DNA from: a virus
Taxonomy: Duplodnaviria; Caudoviricetes
IMG/VR virus record: IMGVR_UViG_3300038317_000092
Span: 1 to 28,441 of that record
Reading direction: 5' to 3' (one strand)
Length of the DNA stretch: 28,441 nucleotides
A program made the translations under genes and the position numbers. The notes under the pieces are model-generated. The model did not search any database. It was not told the DNA's origin and was given only the letters and a program-made list of their open reading frames with translations. Each line of letters begins with the position of its first letter. Within the stretch, counting starts at the first letter, position 1. This document shows, piece after piece, positions 27,300 to 28,441 of the stretch.

Positions 27300-28441
27300 G
27301 TGCAAAGAACACTCGTGACTTTAGTCGTGAGATGAATTGGCTCTATTCTGTTCGCATATAATCCATGATTTTCTTGCACTGATTCTTTGCATATTAGACA
27401 TTTTCGGTGTCTTCATACCTCTAGGTGCATTACTAAAATCTATTTTATCGCCATCTATGTCCATAAGAACAGCGTAACCTGTAGACATTCTACCTTTAAT
27501 GAAATATTCATCACCCAAATATCTTACCTTATCAAATTTCCTAAATCCTTCTATTTTGCCTGTAGGTATCTTTTGATGGCTTCTTACTCCTTTTGTCTGT
27601 TGATAGTCGCCTTTAGAAATACACTTTTTCAATACTACTTCTTCAGTTTTAAAACTTACATCAATTAGTCCTGTATCTTCAATGTTGTTTAAACAAGCAA
27701 TGGCTATAGCATCACAGTAATGTTCTTTTGGCAATCCCATTAAATATCTGTGCTCTTTAGTAATAAATCCAAAAGTTTCTTTTGCATCTGGCAATATTTT
27801 TAATAATTGTTGCCTTATACTATTCATTTGTGTTGCGTGTTTTAATTGTCCTTTAATTTTGCCATTTTTCTTTAATTTAATTTTTCCTTTATGCAAACTA
27901 TCATGACAGGTTTTACAAAGTACAATTAAATTTTCTGCATCATCTGAACCGCCATTCTTTCTAAAGATTATATGATGCACTTCTAATCTATTATCTTTAC
28001 TTTTTCCTTTACAATGTTGGCAGGTATAACCATCTCTACTTAGCACATATGCTTTAGTATTAGCAAATCCATAATTAGTTCCTTTTTGGTAAAGCCACTT
28101 GTTATTTAATACTGCTGGATTTTTTAAAGCATGTGGGTCAAATGTTGCCGTTTCTATTATTATGTTTTTAATAGGCAATATTGATTTTACAAATTCAATT
28201 TCTTTTAAATGTGAATTAATTTTACTTGTCATTGTAGGAGAAAACCTATCTTTTTTAATACTATTTTTTCTATTATTAAACCTAGGTTTTCTGTATCTAG
28301 TTTTTCTGTTTCTTCTAGTTCTTCTATATTTGGCTCTTTTATCCATTTTGTCAGATATATCATTTCTAATTTCTATTTCTGACATGTAAAATACTTCATT
28401 TTCGTCATTTACTACTGCACTGCCTATTTTGCCACTACCTG
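27300..28441 (-). mobile_element. IS200/IS605-family IscB element, right part
   Basis: iscB ORF ending in the subterminal hairpin CTCACGACTAAAGTCACGAG (27331-27312), typical of IS200/IS605 ends. The exact end is approximate. Confidence 0.7.
27321..28441 (-). CDS. iscB: RNA-guided endonuclease IscB (5' truncated by the window)
   Basis: Frame open to the edge (GSGKIGSAVV, tail of RuvC-I). Arg-rich bridge helix RAKYRRTRRNRKTRYRKPRFNNR; RuvC-II IIIE; HNH CQHC...EVHHI...GGSD..ENL..LCKTCH; RuvC-III HYCDAIAIA. Confidence 0.92.
   Translation of the reverse strand, partial: GSGKIGSAVVNDENEVFYMSEIEIRNDISDKMDKRAKYRRTRRNRKTRYRKPRFNNRKNSIKKDRFSPTMTSKINSHLKEIEFVKSILPIKNIIIETATFDPHALKNPAVLNNKWLYQKGTNYGFANTKAYVLSRDGYTCQHCKGKSKDNRLEVHHIIFRKNGGSDDAENLIVLCKTCHDSLHKGKIKLKKNGKIKGQLKHATQMNSIRQQLLKILPDAKETFGFITKEHRYLMGLPKEHYCDAIAIACLNNIEDTGLIDVSFKTEEVVLKKCISKGDYQQTKGVRSHQKIPTGKIEGFRKFDKVRYLGDEYFIKGRMSTGYAVLMDIDGDKIDFSNAPRGMKTPKMSNMQRISARKSWIICEQNRANSSHD

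Noticed and set aside
4256-28389. Numerous short ORFs overlapping long genes (for example 4256, 7503, 8623, 10680, 11144, 11972, 13244, 15669, 17102, 17780, 18498, 18601, 18788, 19137, 19727, 20014, 20554, 27387, 28099)
   Set aside because: Shadow frames of well-supported genes, with no RBS or recognisable motifs.
1-28441. CRISPR array, diversity-generating retroelement or stop-codon recoding
   Set aside because: No repeat-spacer array or reverse transcriptase seen. Genes are long and close normally in the standard code, and the two split genes are explained by introns.

Overview
AT-rich window from a large Firmicutes (Clostridia-like) tailed phage or prophage, read almost entirely on the minus strand. 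It carries most of the virion morphogenesis region. From right to left: an IS200/IS605-family IscB gene cut by the window edge, an Hsp20-like gene, a degenerate tRNA(CAT), a putative small terminase, a large terminase split by a 1223-nt group I intron encoding an HNH endonuclease, portal, protease/scaffold, decoration and major capsid proteins, neck and tail genes, RusA, a beta-CASP metallo-beta-lactamase nuclease, two free-standing zinc-ribbon endonucleases, and a tape measure gene. The most striking element is the tape measure gene. It is split by a predicted 3335-nt group I intron (3767..433) whose catalytic core lies at about 3395-3767 and whose 3' end lies at 433-492. An 11-bp long-range stem closes a loop of about 2.9 kb holding five cargo genes in both orientations, with promoter and terminator signals but no recognisable homing endonuclease. 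P1/P10 pairings predict splice junctions that restore the reading frame in both introns. All calls are by-eye motif recognition; no database searches were run.
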